28,691 bases of DNA from a virus (taxonomy: Duplodnaviria; Caudoviricetes): IMG/VR virus record IMGVR_UViG_3300037424_000280, positions 1 to 28,691 of that record; one strand, given 5' to 3'. A program made the translations under genes and the position numbers. Numbering within the stretch: position 1 is the stretch's first letter; the number at the start of each line of letters is the position of its first letter. The notes under the pieces were generated by a model that made no database searches, had not been told where the DNA came from, and worked only from the letters and a program-made list of their open reading frames with translations. This document shows positions 27,246-28,691 of the stretch, in pieces.

Positions 27246-27249
27246 AACA

Positions 27250-28059
27250 ATGGCAAATCCCCAATTAGAAAACGGACATTTAGATATTGCTAATGAACTT
27301 GTCGACCAATTTGCTAAACATAATATTCCGGGTTCAGAAATGAGGATTATTTGGGCTATATGGCGAAAAACGTGGTGTTGGAAAGATGGAGATCGAAAAA
27401 AAGATTTTGACTGGATTTCCATAACTCAATTTGAAAAATTAACCGGAATAAAACGTGCAAATATTCATACAGCTATTAAGAGTTTGTTATGCAAAAACAT
27501 AATAGCAGTTGAAAATAGAAATGGAAAGCTCTTTTATGGCTTTAACAAACGCTATAACGAGTGGGTGTTATGCAAACGCATACCTATTATGCAAAAGCAT
27601 AACAAAACTGTTATGCAAAAGCATACACAGCTGTTATGCAAAAGCATACCCACAAAAGATAGTATTACAAAAGATACACTTAAAGATAAAAAATATATAA
27701 AAATTTTGGAAAAATTTAACAGCTTATGTAAAACCAGCTTTCGCATGACACCAGAGAAAAAAAAACAACTAGAAAGCAGATTAAAAACTTTTTCCATAGA
27801 GGACATAGAACAAGCTATAAAAAACAGATTAAGCGATTCCAGCTGCATGGGGCAAAATTCTACAGGTAAAATTTGGGCTAAAGACTGGAACTCACTCTTT
27901 CGTAATGATGAAAATTTAGACAGAGCCTTGAATTTATCTAATTCAATTAACTACGAAAGAGAATTTGAGGAATTAGGGATGATGAAATTTAAAAGAAAAT
28001 ACTCATTGGAGCTAGCACAGAAGTATTACACAAAACAGCAACAAAAATTACTTCAATAA
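27250..28059 (+). CDS. Phage replication initiator (lambda O-like N-terminal domain)
   Basis: MANPQLENGHLDIANEL...IWRKTWCW...DWISITQFEKLTGI...AIKSL pattern, central iteron-encoded linker, and helical C-terminal replisome-organiser-like domain. Confidence 0.85.
   Translation: MANPQLENGHLDIANELVDQFAKHNIPGSEMRIIWAIWRKTWCWKDGDRKKDFDWISITQFEKLTGIKRANIHTAIKSLLCKNIIAVENRNGKLFYGFNKRYNEWVLCKRIPIMQKHNKTVMQKHTQLLCKSIPTKDSITKDTLKDKKYIKILEKFNSLCKTSFRMTPEKKKQLESRLKTFSIEDIEQAIKNRLSDSSCMGQNSTGKIWAKDWNSLFRNDENLDRALNLSNSINYEREFEELGMMKFKRKYSLELAQKYYTKQQQKLLQ
27486..27648 (+). repeat. Iterons / probable replication origin inside the initiator gene
   Basis: TTATGCAAAAGCATA at 27587, 27611 and 27634, with one-mismatch copies at 27568 and 27487. 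Palindromic core TATGC-N4-GCATA. An A-rich tract follows. Confidence 0.85.
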
Positions 28060-28082
28060 AAAATTCCTTAAAAAATTCCTTA
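28059..28082 (+). repeat. 12-bp tandem duplication
   Basis: AAAAATTCCTTA at 28059-28070 and 28071-28082, between the rep and primase genes. Confidence 0.8.
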
Positions 28083-28095
28083 ACAATAAAAAACA

Positions 28096-28691
28096 ATGAC
28101 AATTAAAGATTTCCTAAAAGCTTTCCCTAATACCATCTTCCAGGTTTTTAAAGATAAAGGATCGGGGAATCCGCAACAATTTACAGAATACAATCAGGAC
28201 CATTTCCGCAAACTGAACGAACAGGGTTACGGCATCTACTTCACACCTAACGGATTCAAAGACCGCAGGAAGAAAGAAAACCTGCTAACACTTAACGCCG
28301 TATTCGCAGACCTCGACATAGCTAAGACCGGAGATGGTAGTACACCACAAGAACGCCATCAGTCAAAACTTGCGATTTTAGGCTGGTTAAAATCACGAGT
28401 GGTACCTCATGTCATTATCGACACTAAAAATGGATTACAGCCCATCTGGTTACTCCAGGAGGGCATATCCTTAGACCGACAGGGTGAGTATAAATCGGTA
28501 ATTGAAGGAATTATTTATCAAAGTACTAAAGTGGGGTGTGCCGGAGATCAGGTGAAAGATGTTAGTAGAGTGCTTAGGTTACCCAATTTCTTTCATATGA
28601 AGGAGGGACCTTATAGGTGTAGGGCTGTCTTTAATAATGTTCCACGTTATTCACTTGAAGAAATTTCTTTATCATTCCCACAGCGAATGAC
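28096..28691 (+). CDS. Partial RepB-like (AEP superfamily) DNA primase
   Basis: Open from ATG 28096 to the window end: MTIKDFLKAF...GYGIYFTPNG...NAVFADLD...DTKNGLQPIWLL...KDVSRVLRLPNFFHMK. Absent from the ORF track because it lacks a stop. Confidence 0.8.
   Translation, partial: MTIKDFLKAFPNTIFQVFKDKGSGNPQQFTEYNQDHFRKLNEQGYGIYFTPNGFKDRRKKENLLTLNAVFADLDIAKTGDGSTPQERHQSKLAILGWLKSRVVPHVIIDTKNGLQPIWLLQEGISLDRQGEYKSVIEGIIYQSTKVGCAGDQVKDVSRVLRLPNFFHMKEGPYRCRAVFNNVPRYSLEEISLSFPQRM

Noticed and set aside
27568-27648. Iteron cluster as a mini CRISPR array
   Set aside because: Repeats are 15 bp with 4-9 nt gaps, lie inside a CDS, and no cas genes are present.
27234-27848. ORFs 27234-27422 (-), 27509-27700 (+) and 27552-27848 (-)
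   Set aside because: They overlap the initiator gene, and the repeated peptides in the latter two are by-products of the iterons.
1-28691. Stop-codon reassignment
   Set aside because: Genes tile densely under the standard code and TGA serves as stop in ATGA overlaps. No fragmented genes were seen.

Overview
AT-rich tailed-phage (or prophage) segment with a short-tailed, P22/podovirus-like layout. Almost all of 1-27009 is one minus-strand morphogenesis region: small HNH protein, TerS, intein-split TerL, portal, scaffold, a four-enzyme cassette, head decoration and major capsid proteins, minor virion proteins, a holin-like protein, a NUMOD4-HNH homing endonuclease, tail adaptor, nozzle, beta-helix tailspike and probable ejection proteins (one with an atypical M23 domain). 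From 27250 a divergent plus-strand replication module begins: an O-like initiator with internal iterons, then a partial RepB-like primase. Highlights: (1) a translationally coupled APS kinase / HxGH nucleotidyltransferase / GT-A glycosyltransferase / sulfotransferase cassette between the scaffold and capsid genes, suggesting phage-made PAPS and sulfated-glycan decoration of the virion; (2) a hairpin upstream of the initiator whose loop is complementary to two flanking direct repeats, one covering the translation-initiation region (P4 CI / P1 C4-like antisense or pseudoknot switch); (3) a TAAC motif in place of Shine-Dalgarno sites upstream of most genes; (4) a structured leader before the capsid genes; (5) a C-terminal FDPNxPL peptide shared by TerL and the post-portal protein. 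All calls come from reading motifs and gene order by eye; no database searches were run.
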